NCBI GenBank assembly: GCA_963727775.1 | Contig: CAVSHB010000004.1 | Location: 160,001-224,000, forward strand | Length of the DNA: 64,000 nt | Source: an uncultured Nitrospiraceae bacterium | GTDB taxonomy: Bacteria; Nitrospirota; Thermodesulfovibrionia; Thermodesulfovibrionales; SM23-35 | Direction of reading: 5' to 3' | Shown here: positions 1-10,901 of the stretch, one piece after another | How the letters are laid out: each line of letters opens with the position of its first letter | Position numbering within the stretch: position 1 is the stretch's first letter | Position numbers and translations under genes: made by a program | Notes under the pieces: model-generated | The model's database searches: none | Seen by the model: only the letters and a program-made list of their open reading frames with translations | What the model was told of the DNA's origin: nothing

Positions 1-6
1 CTATTC

Positions 7-948
7 TCAGTCCTGTTTTATTGTTACGGAAGCCCTTTCCCATAGTACTTTCATCCATTCATTGAACATTTTTTCTCTTTTCCGGGTATATAAATTACTT
101 TTTATCTCACCCCGCACTTCATCAAACGGCTTAATAATCTCGGGGCTTCTGCCGATGCGCTTAAGAATATAGACCCCTTCGCTCACCCAAACAGGTTCGC
201 TTATCTCGCCTTCTTTCATCGAAAAAGCTTTATTATCCAGGGTCGGCACCAGAGCCCCTTTCGCAAAGCTGCCCAATAACCCTCCGTGGCTTCTCAACGG
301 CTCATCTGAAATTTCTTCTGCGAGGATGTCGAAATTATCGACCTCATGCAATTGAGCGGCCATTTTCAAAGCTCTTAACTTGAGGTCCGTTATTTCAGTT
401 AACGAGGCTTCTTCGCGTAATCTGATGAAAATGGCTTTCAGTTCCAACTTTTCCGGACTGCTCAGGAATTCCTTTTGGTTCGCCTTGTAATAATCACTGA
501 TTTCTTTATCGATCACAACAACCTTTGAATCAATATTTTCATCCACAAGTTTTGACGATATTACTTCATCTTTTATTCTCGCTCTGTAATTCTTGATGTC
601 CATACCCTCTTCTTTGAGGAGCCTTTCGACATCCTCCTGCGACACCCTGTTTTTTTCTTTGAACTCATCGATCTTTTTGTCAACTTCTGCGGCGCTCGCC
701 TCTATGCCCTTTCTTTTGGCCTCCTGAAAAATTATTCTGCTCTCGATTAACCTTTTCAGTAGTTTCTCATTAACCGTCTCACTGTTTTCACCCTCATCGG
801 CAGCAACTTTTACAAACTGCCGATAATCTGCAAAAGTAATTACTTCATCACCAACGGTTGCAAGAATCCGGTCCATAGTGCGTCCGTGGGATATGCCGGT
901 TGAAAGCAGGAAAGTTATGAAGACAAAAAGCTTTAAAGCCTGTTTCAT
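7..948 (-). CDS. SurA/PpiC-type peptidyl-prolyl isomerase (exported chaperone)
   Basis: Signal peptide; DRILATVGDEVIT SurA N-domain; parvulin motif GGLLGSF...AFSMKEGEISEPV. Confidence 0.85.
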   Translation of the reverse strand: MKQALKLFVFITFLLSTGISHGRTMDRILATVGDEVITFADYRQFVKVAADEGENSETVNEKLLKRLIESRIIFQEAKRKGIEASAAEVDKKIDEFKEKNRVSQEDVERLLKEEGMDIKNYRARIKDEVISSKLVDENIDSKVVVIDKEISDYYKANQKEFLSSPEKLELKAIFIRLREEASLTEITDLKLRALKMAAQLHEVDNFDILAEEISDEPLRSHGGLLGSFAKGALVPTLDNKAFSMKEGEISEPVWVSEGVYILKRIGRSPEIIKPFDEVRGEIKSNLYTRKREKMFNEWMKVLWERASVTIKQD

Positions 949-1008
949 GGTATGTATTTTAGTGTACCGTATAAATGATACAGATAGTCAAGGAGGATGC
1001 ATACCGAA

Positions 1009-1758
1009 CTATGAGGGTCTGTCCTTATTTCCGAGGAGTTCCAGCGCCTTCTGTGCGTCACTCCATGTCAGCCATTTGTCTTTAGGGTTCCTTATCAAAT
1101 AGGCAGGATGAAACGTAGGCACCAGATGAATACCTCTGTAATCAAAGAGCTTGCCTCGTATTGCGGTTATTTTTTTTGTTGTGTCCTCTATGAGCGTGAA
1201 AGTGGAAATCCTACCCAAGGACATTATCACATCCGGATTTATGATCTCGATCTGTTTCTCCACAAACCCCCTGCATTTTTCTATCTCATCAATCTCAGGA
1301 TCACGGTTCATCGGGGGTCTGCACTTCACTATATTGGCGATATAAACATCCTCTCTTTTAAAACCCATTTTTTCTATAAGCTTTGTAAGGAGAATACCAG
1401 CGTCTCCCACAAACGGCCTTGCCTTCAGGTCCTCCTCCCTACCGGGGGCTTCACCAATGAACATAAGCCGGGCATCCGGATTTCCCTCGCCAAACACAAT
1501 ATTGGTTCTTTTGCCCCAAAGTTTACATCTTCTGCAATCTCCGATATCTGCTCTCAAAGCCTTTAATGCTTCGTCCTTTTCTTGTGCCGTGCGATCGCTC
1601 ACAAGTCTTAATGCCTGGACCCTATTGGATTTCCTGCCGGAACTTTTCCCCCTGACTGCGTGCCGGCTCCGACTTTTTAATTTTATCGGGAGCCTTTCAA
1701 ACCCAAGTGCCCGGTAGAACTCGAGAGCATTTTTTATGTCCTCTACAATATTTGCCAT
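1009..1758 (-). CDS. Uracil-DNA glycosylase, family 4 (Fe-S)
   Basis: CRRC..VFGEG..IGEAPG, NIVKCRPP, TFHPAY motifs. Confidence 0.9.
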   Translation of the reverse strand: MANIVEDIKNALEFYRALGFERLPIKLKSRSRHAVRGKSSGRKSNRVQALRLVSDRTAQEKDEALKALRADIGDCRRCKLWGKRTNIVFGEGNPDARLMFIGEAPGREEDLKARPFVGDAGILLTKLIEKMGFKREDVYIANIVKCRPPMNRDPEIDEIEKCRGFVEKQIEIINPDVIMSLGRISTFTLIEDTTKKITAIRGKLFDYRGIHLVPTFHPAYLIRNPKDKWLTWSDAQKALELLGNKDRPS

Positions 1759-1790
1759 TTTATCTTTTCATATTTATTTTTAATTTATAA

Positions 1791-2645
1791 TTATCGTTCT
1801 CCCCATTTCAATTTTGTCCTGAGGATCTCGAAATAGTCTCTTTCACACGGGGTGAAAAATTTAGCCTTAAAGCCGGCTTTTTTAACTTCGACGATGTCAT
1901 TCTGTTTTAAAGAAAAACCGACCTGACCGTCGATTGTAAGAAAAACGTCTTCATTCTCCGATTTCAAGACGATTTCCACCAGGACGCTGTCAGGCAATAC
2001 AATCGGTCTGTTTGTAAGTGTGTGAGGACATATCGGGGCAAGCACGATGTTGTTTAAGGTCGGATAAAGAATCGGGCCGCCTGCAGACAAGGCATACGCC
2101 GTGGAACCTGTGGGAGTGGACACAATCAGCCCGTCCGCTTTAAAAGTTGCAACGTAACTGCGGTCTATATACGTTTCAAGGTCTATTATTCTCGCTAAAG
2201 CTCCTTTGTTCACTACAACATCGTTCACAACAGAATACTCTGAAATACATTCACTATGCCTGAATACACATGCTGAAAGCATAATCCGCTCTTCCACGGG
2301 ACACTTTCCGGTAAGCACTTTTTCAAGAACTTCATAAATCTCATCCTTATGGACAGCAGTCAGAAATCCGAGGCCACCGATGTTCACCCCGAGTATCGGA
2401 ATTTCCTTATCTCCCACAAGCCTTGATACGCTGAGCATTGTACCATCTCCGCCAAGCACAAGTATAATCTCCACTAAGGAAGGTATCTGTGAACGCGGAG
2501 AACCTTCTATACTCAGCAATGAGGCAGTTTCCTTGTCAACATAAACCTCGCAACCTTTTCGCTTCAACCAGGGTAATAGCCCTTTAGCCAATTCAGCGGG
2601 TTCAGGTTTCCCAGTCTTACTGATTATCCCTATTTTTTTCATCAA
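1791..2645 (-). CDS. nadK: NAD(+) kinase
   Basis: LGGDGT, GGLGFL, ND, DGLIVSTPTGSTAYALSAGGP. Confidence 0.95.
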   Translation of the reverse strand: MMKKIGIISKTGKPEPAELAKGLLPWLKRKGCEVYVDKETASLLSIEGSPRSQIPSLVEIILVLGGDGTMLSVSRLVGDKEIPILGVNIGGLGFLTAVHKDEIYEVLEKVLTGKCPVEERIMLSACVFRHSECISEYSVVNDVVVNKGALARIIDLETYIDRSYVATFKADGLIVSTPTGSTAYALSAGGPILYPTLNNIVLAPICPHTLTNRPIVLPDSVLVEIVLKSENEDVFLTIDGQVGFSLKQNDIVEVKKAGFKAKFFTPCERDYFEILRTKLKWGER

Positions 2646-3060
2646 TACCCTCTATATTTATTTCTCTTCTATTTTCATCGACAGGTTTTATCTTGACCTT
2701 AATCGCGCCGTCCGGGAATTCTCCTTCCGCCTTTTCAGCCCATTCAATAACCGAAATATTGTCGTTTTCTGTCTGGTCCCATAGTCCGAGTTCGGCAAGC
2801 TCGGCATCATTTTCAATCCTGTATAAATCTATATGGACAAAAGGAGGTGTTGTATTATAACCTGAAATGATCGTAAAACTGGCGCTTACAACATCTCTCT
2901 CAGCAATCCCGAATGCACCCGCAATCCCTTTTACCAGGGTAGTTTTCCCGGCGCCTAATTCGCCGTACAGTCCGACGACATTTCCCGGTTTTAAAAGTTT
3001 TCCCAGCCTGAAGCCTATATCCTTGGTTTCGTCAGGTCCGTTACTTATATATTTTATCAT
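2617..3060 (-). CDS. tsaE: tRNA threonylcarbamoyladenosine biosynthesis ATPase
   Basis: GELGAGKTT, SASFTI, HIDLYR, IEWAE. Confidence 0.93.
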   Translation of the reverse strand: MIKYISNGPDETKDIGFRLGKLLKPGNVVGLYGELGAGKTTLVKGIAGAFGIAERDVVSASFTIISGYNTTPPFVHIDLYRIENDAELAELGLWDQTENDNISVIEWAEKAEGEFPDGAIKVKIKPVDENRREINIEGIDEKNRDNQ

Positions 3061-3740
3061 TTTAATATTCCGATAAACCCTCCCTGCCTGCCTGCGTGGT
3101 CCTTATGATACCTGTACGAATGATACGCATGCGGATTACAATGTGTACATTCCGTTGAACTCCATATGTTCTTTGCAGAGACACCCAAAGACAGCGCCTG
3201 AAGCATATTTGCGGAAGGAAGGTCTATGCAGTACTTCCCATTTTTCAATGCATAATAATAATCTCCATCGCCTGTAGCCCTGAGCACAGCCTCCTTAACT
3301 TCGTCGTCAACGTAATAGCAGTCCCCCTTAATACTCGGCCCCTGGGCCATCAGTATGTCTCCCGGCAATGAATTAAAATGTTCCATCATTATTTTAATGG
3401 TTTTTTTTACTATCTTTGCCGCAGTGCCCCGCCATCCCGCATGCACGGCGCCAAGAACGCCTTTTTGTTTATCATAAAGCAGCACCGGGACACAATCAGC
3501 AACCTGGACGCCGATTACTATCCCCTTTCTTTTTGTAACAACAGCATCAGCTATTTTCGGACCGCGATCCGAATCGAGTATCAGGACATTGTCCGTATGT
3601 CTCTGTATCGGGAGATAGATGTTCTCCCTCCGAATAGATAACATGGCGCAGATCTTCTCAATCTCCGCGCCTAAGGTCTTCCCGGTAAAAAAGGCCGTCA
3701 CATCATTGTTAAATATTCCGGGATAAATCAGTTTATCCAT
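3057..3740 (-). CDS. pgeF: PgeF/YfiH peptidoglycan editing factor (purine nucleoside phosphorylase-like)
   Basis: Q.H, ADCVPVLL, VHAGWRG, CTHC..SYR. Confidence 0.9.
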   Translation of the reverse strand: MDKLIYPGIFNNDVTAFFTGKTLGAEIEKICAMLSIRRENIYLPIQRHTDNVLILDSDRGPKIADAVVTKRKGIVIGVQVADCVPVLLYDKQKGVLGAVHAGWRGTAAKIVKKTIKIMMEHFNSLPGDILMAQGPSIKGDCYYVDDEVKEAVLRATGDGDYYYALKNGKYCIDLPSANMLQALSLGVSAKNIWSSTECTHCNPHAYHSYRYHKDHAGRQGGFIGILK

Positions 3741-3759
3741 CCACTCACGATGCTTAGGT

Positions 3760-3881
3760 TATGTAATGGCGGACACAGTATTTTCGCGGATTTAAATTCT
3801 GTGAAGATTTATCGAAACAGAATTTACCTCGGAGGGCGATAGCCCGAGAATGAGCGAAAATACTGTGTCCGCCATTACATA
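3760..3881. repeat. Intergenic 122-bp element with perfect 28-bp terminal inverted repeats (MITE/REPIN-like)
   Basis: TATGTAATGGCGGACACAGTATTTTCGC (3760-3787) and its exact reverse complement (3854-3881); internal hairpins TAAATTCTGT/ACAGAATTTA and GGGC-GATA-GCCC. Confidence 0.8.
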
Positions 3882-3901
3882 GGAGCGCGTCAAATAAATT
3901 T

Positions 3902-5467
3902 TCAAACAATGTCTTTATCGTCCTGTTGCAAATAATGGAAAGCAGCCGGTATCTTGTCGATTATATCCGTTGCGATCAGCCCATGTTCCCCTTTTTCGGT
4001 TTTTGCGATATCCCCTGCAAGGCCGTGCAGATATACTCCCAGTATACTCGCATCAAGCGGATTGCGATTCTGTCCCAGCAATCCTGAAATAATTCCGGTA
4101 AGCACGTCCCCTGTTCCGCCAGTAGCCATTCCCGGATTTCCTGTGGGATTGATAAAAGCCCTTCCATCAGGCGCTGCGATGACACTCGGAACACCCTTCA
4201 GCGCCAGAAAGGTCCCTGTTTCTTCTGCAAAGCGCAGAGCCGCATGGATCCTATCTTTTTCGATATCCTTGACAGTTAATCCTTTATCCATGCATAATCC
4301 CGCCATTTCGCCGGGATGCGGCGTAAGGACTACAGGCGACTTCGACTTTGCAAATATACCTGTATCTCCATTGATTGAATTTATTCCATCCGCATCAATA
4401 AGCAGCGGCTTTGTTGAATGCTTGATGAGATTTCTTAAGAGTTTTTTAATATCAGCGGTTACACCCAAGCCAGGGCCGACAGCGAGAAGATCGGCCTTTT
4501 CATGTAAAAAGTCAAGTATCATGTCTGAAGCTTTCCCCGATAGGGTGCCGTCTCCTTTATCCGGCAGGATTAAGGTCATCTCCTCGGTCACGCGTGACTG
4601 AAATATGCCGGCCAGGGATTCGGGAACACCTAAAGTAACAAGACCCGCCCCTGATCTCAGGCAAGCTTTTGCGGCCATGAATGCAGCGCCTGTTTTTCCC
4701 CTTGACCCTGCAACAATAAGCACGTGGCCGTAATTGCCTTTATGCGAATACCTGGGCCTCCCCGGTATTAAAGCGGAAACATAACTCTTATCAAGAAGTT
4801 CAACCTTTATTTTTTCAGAGCCCATCAAATCAGGAGGGAACCCGATATCTTCGATAAAAAGTTTTCCGCAAAATCCTGCTCCGGGGAACAAAAGGTGCCC
4901 CTTTTTGGGCAAGCCGAAAGTAATGGTATAATCCGCCCTTACGGCAGTTCCCATTACCTGCCCATTGTCAGAAGAAATGCCGGATGGGATGTCTACCGAT
5001 ACTATCGGTAATCTTGAATTATTAAGCAAGGTAACGATCTCTGAAAGCCTCCCCGAAATCTCTGTGTTCAGGCCGGTACCGAAAATAGCGTCTACAATAA
5101 GAGAATGCCTGCCGAAGCCTGATGTCCGGTGGACAAAAAGTTCTTCTATCGGTTTTATCTGCACCCCGGATTTTACGGCAGTATTATATTCAGATAAGGC
5201 ATCTCCTTTAAGTTTTTCAGGGTTTGCGGCCAAAAACACTTTGACTTCCCAGCCTTCATTGTGGAGATTCCTTGCAATAACCAGACCGTCCCCGCCGTTA
5301 TTTCCGGTACTGGATACAACAATGATTTTCTTACGACCGAACACTTCTTTTATCTTAGAAACAACTGCAAGCCCGGCCCTCTCCATTAGTACAAGGCCGG
5401 AGATACCGAATTCCTCGATAGTCCTCTTATCAATCTCCTGCATCTCGGCAGCAGTAACGACCTTCAC
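3902..5467 (-). CDS. nnr: Bifunctional NAD(P)HX epimerase/dehydratase
   Basis: GNNGGDG, DAIFGTG, HKGNYG, TPHPGE, GGTGDVL. Confidence 0.95.
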   Translation of the reverse strand: MKVVTAAEMQEIDKRTIEEFGISGLVLMERAGLAVVSKIKEVFGRKKIIVVSSTGNNGGDGLVIARNLHNEGWEVKVFLAANPEKLKGDALSEYNTAVKSGVQIKPIEELFVHRTSGFGRHSLIVDAIFGTGLNTEISGRLSEIVTLLNNSRLPIVSVDIPSGISSDNGQVMGTAVRADYTITFGLPKKGHLLFPGAGFCGKLFIEDIGFPPDLMGSEKIKVELLDKSYVSALIPGRPRYSHKGNYGHVLIVAGSRGKTGAAFMAAKACLRSGAGLVTLGVPESLAGIFQSRVTEEMTLILPDKGDGTLSGKASDMILDFLHEKADLLAVGPGLGVTADIKKLLRNLIKHSTKPLLIDADGINSINGDTGIFAKSKSPVVLTPHPGEMAGLCMDKGLTVKDIEKDRIHAALRFAEETGTFLALKGVPSVIAAPDGRAFINPTGNPGMATGGTGDVLTGIISGLLGQNRNPLDASILGVYLHGLAGDIAKTEKGEHGLIATDIIDKIPAAFHYLQQDDKDIV

Positions 5468-5678
5468 GCCTTTCTCAACCTCCGGGTTACAAACTACGTG
5501 GGACTAAGACAGCACCCACATGCTTAAAAGTCAAGCACCGCATAATCCGTCATATGAAAAAATAACCATAATAAAATTATAGCATCGCTTTAATAATTAT
5601 TCATATTTTGCTTATAAGATTACAGGTTATTCGCCTTAAGATGTTTGACAAAAACAAAAAAACGTGTTAGATAATAGC

Positions 5679-7241
5679 ATGCCGGTTATTGGTAAAAAGA
5701 AGCAGCGTCTCGGTGAACTTCTTGTTGAACACGGCCTGATAAATACGAACCAACTGAAAGAAGCGCTGAAAAGACAGGCCCAGGTTGGCGGACAGTTAGG
5801 GTCTATCCTGGTTGAAATGGGAATTATCACCAATGAGGACCTATTGATTTTTCTCAGCCAACAGCTCGGAATCCCCGCAACAAATCTCTTCAAACTGAAT
5901 ATAGAACCGGATATCCTGAAGCTTTTGCCCATAGAGAAGATTAAGGCAATGAAAGTTATCCCTGTCAGCATCGACGAAAGCACAGTCACCCTGGCAATGG
6001 TAAACCCGAAGGATATGCTTTCGATCAGGGATATTGAGTTTTCTCTCGGAAAAAAAGTAAAGCCGGTTGTGGTCCCCGCCTCACAGATGGACGCTGCCAT
6101 TCAAAGCCTCCTATCAAACCCTGAAATCGGTCTTACAGGAGAAAATGTTGAAAAGGAGGCGCATAAAGTTGAACCGACAAAAGCGCCTCCTTTAATGTCC
6201 TTACTGAAATATCTGATAACCTCTCCTGCTACGGATATGCTGCTTACCGCAGGGGTAGCGCCTTCAATAAAGCTGAGCAATGATATTAAAAGGGCTTCCA
6301 TGAACACTCTGACACCTTTTGATTGCGAAAGATATGCGCGGGAGCTGGTTTCCGAAAAGGACTGGGAAATATTTATAAAAAAAGGCGACTATGATTTTGC
6401 GGTAACATATCCCGAATTCGGCCGGTTTAGGGTGAATCTGTACAGGCAGCGAAATTCAGTTTCGATCACGATACGTCATATTCAGGATATACTGCCGTCT
6501 TTGGAAGAACTCAACCTGCCTGAATGGATAGGAGAACTTGTGTTGTCGCCGCAGGGACTTATCATTGTTTCCGGACCCGCTGGTCATGGAAAAACTACAA
6601 CCCTTGCTGCCATGGTCGACATTATAAACTCCAATAAGAAATGCAATGTTATAACCCTCGAAGACCCGATCGAATACCTGCACAAGCATAAAAAAAGCAA
6701 TGTGAACCAAAGGGACATCGGGATAGATACAGAGTCCTTCTATGAAGGGCTGAAGCACATTTTCAGACAGGACCCAGATGTAATCGTGATTGGGGAGATG
6801 AGGGATGCCGACAGCTGCGCTATTGCCCTGCAGGCTGCGGACACCGGACATCTTGTGATAACTACTGTGCATGCAAGCACTTCGGCTTCAACGATAGAGA
6901 GGATAATTAATATGTTTCCTCCTCATCAGCAAGGGCTGATCAGGACACGGATTGCGGACAGCCTGCTATTTGTCTTTGCGCAGAGGCTGATACCTATGAA
7001 GAGCGGCGAAGGAAGGCTACTTGCCTATGAGAAGATCATAAACAGCCACAGCATAAAGAATCTTATCAGAGAGGGTAAAACCTTTCAGATTAAATCGCAG
7101 ATGTTGAGCGGTTCAGAGGATTTCACCTCCCTGGAAGCATCACTGGCAAAGCTCTATTTATCAGGCCTGATTAATTTCGAAGCCGGTCTTCTTTATTCGG
7201 AAAACAAACAATTTTACAAAGAACTTACAAAAGGCGCGTAG
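5679..7241 (+). CDS. PilT/PilU-family type IV pilus ATPase with N-terminal MshEN/GspE-N domain
   Basis: Tandem MshEN motif RLGELLVEHGLI...QLGSILVEMGII; Walker A GPAGHGKTTT, EDPIE, RQDPDVIVIGEMRD, PilT-like SIKNLIRE; ATG 5679 preferred over GTG 5664. Confidence 0.85.
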   Translation: MPVIGKKKQRLGELLVEHGLINTNQLKEALKRQAQVGGQLGSILVEMGIITNEDLLIFLSQQLGIPATNLFKLNIEPDILKLLPIEKIKAMKVIPVSIDESTVTLAMVNPKDMLSIRDIEFSLGKKVKPVVVPASQMDAAIQSLLSNPEIGLTGENVEKEAHKVEPTKAPPLMSLLKYLITSPATDMLLTAGVAPSIKLSNDIKRASMNTLTPFDCERYARELVSEKDWEIFIKKGDYDFAVTYPEFGRFRVNLYRQRNSVSITIRHIQDILPSLEELNLPEWIGELVLSPQGLIIVSGPAGHGKTTTLAAMVDIINSNKKCNVITLEDPIEYLHKHKKSNVNQRDIGIDTESFYEGLKHIFRQDPDVIVIGEMRDADSCAIALQAADTGHLVITTVHASTSASTIERIINMFPPHQQGLIRTRIADSLLFVFAQRLIPMKSGEGRLLAYEKIINSHSIKNLIREGKTFQIKSQMLSGSEDFTSLEASLAKLYLSGLINFEAGLLYSENKQFYKELTKGA

Positions 7242-7393
7242 GACCGGATATTTCAATACTTAAGTTCCGTCAATTAATTTCCTGTTTAAACCTGATTCAT
7301 GCCTGCAGACTATTTACCCTTACAATAACCCTGAACCTTGTCTTATCGTCAGGAAAATATTAGAATAATATTAGATTAACGAGGAGATATAAA

Positions 7394-8824
7394 TTGGAGC
7401 AGGAGAAAAACAAGACATATGCAGATAAACTCTGGGACTTTTTAGCGTCCGTAAGACTCGCTATTATTATCTTTGCATTAATTTCCCTTACATCGATTGT
7501 CGGAACAATTATAGAACAAAGGGCTGAACCGGCTAAAAATATTCAGGTATTAAGCAGACTATTCAGCGAATCTCTGGCCCCAAGCTTGTATACCGTATTC
7601 GATAACCTCGGGTTTATGGATATGTACAATTCATGGTGGTTCACGGCTCTACTGATCCTTTTTTCAGTCAATCTTATCGTTTGCTCTTTAGAGAGGCTGC
7701 CGAAGATATGGAAGCTCATCAAAGACCCGATGGTACCCATGTCTGAAGAAAGACTTAAGAAATTTTCCATTAATCGGGAGATTGTCCTGAAAGGGAAACC
7801 TGACGCAGTCAAAAACACCGTTACAGGTGCAATAAAAACTGCACGATTCGATTATTCTGAGGCACGGGAAGAGAAGGGATATCAGTTCTATTCCCAGAAA
7901 GGCAATTACAGCAGGATCGGCGTATATTTGACCCATTTCAGCATACTTATAATACTGATAGGTGCGATTATAGGAGTCCGCCTTGGATTTAAAGGTTTCC
8001 TGAACCTGCCGGAAGGCGACGTATCAAATGCCTTTATTTCGAACTTAGATAAAGAAATACCCCTGGGCTTTGACATAAGGTGCGATAATTTTAACGTTGA
8101 TTTTTACGGCGGTTCCGATATGCCTAAGGAATACAGGAGCAGGCTTACCATACTAAAAAACGGCAGGGAAGTCCTGACAAAATCGATAGTAGTGAACGAT
8201 CCTTTGACCTATGAAGGCATTACATTTTATCAGGCAAGCTTTGGTATGATGCCGGATGCCGCAACCAGAGCAGTATTTAAATTTAATGTAATTTCAGCCG
8301 GCGGGAATAAGGCGACTCTTAATCTTAAGTTGGGAGACACCTTTCAGATACCGGATACGAATATCTCCGGAAAGGTCCTGGATTTCAGCCCGGCCTTAAG
8401 AATAGACGAAAACGGACAGGCTTCTACTTATTCGAATCAAATGACCAATCCCGCGGTCTTTATTGATCTTTCAGCGTCGGGCGCGCATAAGGTTTCAGGA
8501 TGGATATTGAAAAGACATCCGGAGACTTGGCAACTGCCCGGCGGGCAGAGAGTCGAATTTATTGATACTTGGGGAATTCAATATACCGGATTGCAGGTTA
8601 GAAAAGACCCTGGTGTATGGGTTGTATACTTCGGATGTATTGCCATGAGCATAGGCCTTTTTATCGCTTTCTTCATGAGTCATCGAAGGATATGGGTAAA
8701 AATGGTCGAAGAAAAAAACAATACGAGGGTAATTATCGGAGCGACATCCAATAAAAACAGGGCAGCTTTTGAAAGAACTATAGACAAAATAGTCTTCGTC
8801 CTCAATAAAAAACAGGAAGGGTAA
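7394..8824 (+). CDS. resB: Cytochrome c biogenesis system II protein ResB/Ccs1
   Basis: GTIIEQ, YNSWWF, VNDPL, YQAS, GLQVRKDPG; TTG start after GAGGAG. Confidence 0.9.
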   Translation: MEQEKNKTYADKLWDFLASVRLAIIIFALISLTSIVGTIIEQRAEPAKNIQVLSRLFSESLAPSLYTVFDNLGFMDMYNSWWFTALLILFSVNLIVCSLERLPKIWKLIKDPMVPMSEERLKKFSINREIVLKGKPDAVKNTVTGAIKTARFDYSEAREEKGYQFYSQKGNYSRIGVYLTHFSILIILIGAIIGVRLGFKGFLNLPEGDVSNAFISNLDKEIPLGFDIRCDNFNVDFYGGSDMPKEYRSRLTILKNGREVLTKSIVVNDPLTYEGITFYQASFGMMPDAATRAVFKFNVISAGGNKATLNLKLGDTFQIPDTNISGKVLDFSPALRIDENGQASTYSNQMTNPAVFIDLSASGAHKVSGWILKRHPETWQLPGGQRVEFIDTWGIQYTGLQVRKDPGVWVVYFGCIAMSIGLFIAFFMSHRRIWVKMVEEKNNTRVIIGATSNKNRAAFERTIDKIVFVLNKKQEG

Positions 8825-8829
8825 AATAA

Positions 8830-9912
8830 ATGAACAGTTCATTTTTCTTCGGTTTATCAACAATGGCTTACATCCTCGCCATGATAACCTACATTACATA
8901 TATAGCCTTTAGAAAAAACCAGGTCGGCATAATGGCTACGACAATAACAATCATGGGGTTTGTATCCCAGACATTCGCAATTTTCATGAGATGGAAGGAA
9001 TTCTCCAACTTGAGCGGCATGGGGTTTTTAAGGTCGGTCCCCCTTACAAATCTTTATGAATCCCTCATATTCTTTGTATGGTGTCTGATATTGGGCTATC
9101 TGATCATCGAGTTTAGATTCAAAAACCGGTCCTTCGGAGCATTTATCACTCCTATCGCAGGTCTTGTATTGGCATTCATCGATTTGACAGGGGTGTCGAA
9201 AGAGATTCAACCCTTAGTCCCTGCTTTGAAAAGCAATTGGCTACTGGCCCATGTGACGATGAGTTTTATAGCTTACGCGGCCTTTTCCGTATCTTTCAGC
9301 ACAGGCCTTATGTACCTTATCATGAAATCGGAACAAAGGAACGAGTTGTCATATTTGTTTTGGACAATCACCTTCGGTGTCTTTGTAATACTTTTCGTCA
9401 CGATGGGGATCGATTTTCTTTCTTTCAAAGTCGCGGTGAGACCTGAAGTATTCATTAAAAGCTACCTGTTTAAGACCTCGTTCCTGAACCCGTCCGCAGG
9501 TATCAAAATCCTGAGCTGGACAGCGGCATTCATCGCCCTATTTATCATCTGGCGGTATGGACATATACTGAAGACCGTGATAGAAAAATTTAACGTCACT
9601 GCCGATATGTTGGATGAAATCACTTATAAGAGTATTGCCATAGGGTTTCCCATCTTCACCCTCGGCGGCCTGATCTTCGGTGCTATCTGGGCCAATCAGG
9701 CCTGGGGCGTTTACTGGAGCTGGGACCCGAAAGAGACATGGTCGCTGATAACATGGTTCATTTATGCCTTCTATCTTCACAGTCGGATGATGAGGGGATG
9801 GAGAGGAAAAAAGGTGGCGATGGTCGCCGTAATAGGTTTCATGGCGGTGATATTCACTTATCTTGGCGTCAACCTACTGCTCTCGGGTCTGCACGCATAT
9901 GGTTCGCAGTAA
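8830..9912 (+). CDS. ccsA: Cytochrome c biogenesis system II heme-attaching protein CcsA/ResC
   Basis: WWD motif GAIWANQAWGVYWSWDPKE; C-terminal SGLHAY. Confidence 0.92.
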   Translation: MNSSFFFGLSTMAYILAMITYITYIAFRKNQVGIMATTITIMGFVSQTFAIFMRWKEFSNLSGMGFLRSVPLTNLYESLIFFVWCLILGYLIIEFRFKNRSFGAFITPIAGLVLAFIDLTGVSKEIQPLVPALKSNWLLAHVTMSFIAYAAFSVSFSTGLMYLIMKSEQRNELSYLFWTITFGVFVILFVTMGIDFLSFKVAVRPEVFIKSYLFKTSFLNPSAGIKILSWTAAFIALFIIWRYGHILKTVIEKFNVTADMLDEITYKSIAIGFPIFTLGGLIFGAIWANQAWGVYWSWDPKETWSLITWFIYAFYLHSRMMRGWRGKKVAMVAVIGFMAVIFTYLGVNLLLSGLHAYGSQ

Positions 9913-9991
9913 AGTCATGAAACCGGTTTTTTTTAGAAATAAGATTAGAAACAATAAGAACTGAACAACATACGGAGGAAAAAATAATCCT

Positions 9992-10834
9992 ATGAATAAT
10001 GTAAAAACACTTGTTCTGCTCGTGACATTAACTCTTGTTCTTGTCTGGGCAGGGGCTGCTTTAGGCGGCAAACAAGGGATGACAATAGCCTTGATATTTG
10101 CGCTTGGGATGAACTTTTTCGCATACTGGTTCAGCGATAAGATAGTCCTCAGGATGTATGGCGCCAAGGAAATCAGTGAGTCTGAAGCACCGCAGCTTTA
10201 CGGCATTATACGGAGGCTGGCCCAAAAAGCGGAACTTCCCATGCCGAAGGTTTACATGATAGATGAGGAACAACCTAACGCGTTTGCAACGGGTAGAAAC
10301 CCTGAGCATGCTGCAGTTGCCGTAACTACCGGTATTCTGCGGCTTCTAAGCCCCGAAGAGCTGCAGGGCGTTATCGGCCACGAGCTTGCGCATGTCAAAC
10401 ACAGAGACATTCTGATCAGCACCATCGCCGCGACTATTGCAGGCGCGATCAGTTACCTTGCGCAGATGGCGCAATGGGCAATGATATTCGGCGGTCACAG
10501 GGGGGACGACGATGAAGGAGGGAGTCCTGTTGCCGCCATCGTGATGATGATCGTCGGACCGATCGCTGCAATGATTATTCAGATGGCAATATCAAGGTCA
10601 CGGGAATATTCCGCGGATCAGGGCGGAGCCCGCATTACCGGCAACCCGAGGTACCTTGCCGGGGCGCTCAGAAAACTCCAATTGGCGTCGCAGAAAATTC
10701 CTATGGACGCAAACCCGGCAACTTCGCATATGTTTATCGTTAACCCATTATCAGGGGGAGGCATATTGAAACTCTTCAGCACACACCCGCCGATTGAGGA
10801 AAGGATATCAAGGCTCGAGTCCATGAGCCTTTAA
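9992..10834 (+). CDS. htpX: Zinc metalloprotease HtpX
   Basis: [28 protein letters not shown]. Confidence 0.95.
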   Translation: MNNVKTLVLLVTLTLVLVWAGAALGGKQGMTIALIFALGMNFFAYWFSDKIVLRMYGAKEISESEAPQLYGIIRRLAQKAELPMPKVYMIDEEQPNAFATGRNPEHAAVAVTTGILRLLSPEELQGVIGHELAHVKHRDILISTIAATIAGAISYLAQMAQWAMIFGGHRGDDDEGGSPVAAIVMMIVGPIAAMIIQMAISRSREYSADQGGARITGNPRYLAGALRKLQLASQKIPMDANPATSHMFIVNPLSGGGILKLFSTHPPIEERISRLESMSL

Positions 10835-10901
10835 TCAGACCGGAGCAGATTAATTTGGACTTGACTCTAATTACACTCATTCCTCAAAATATTGCCATCC
10901 C

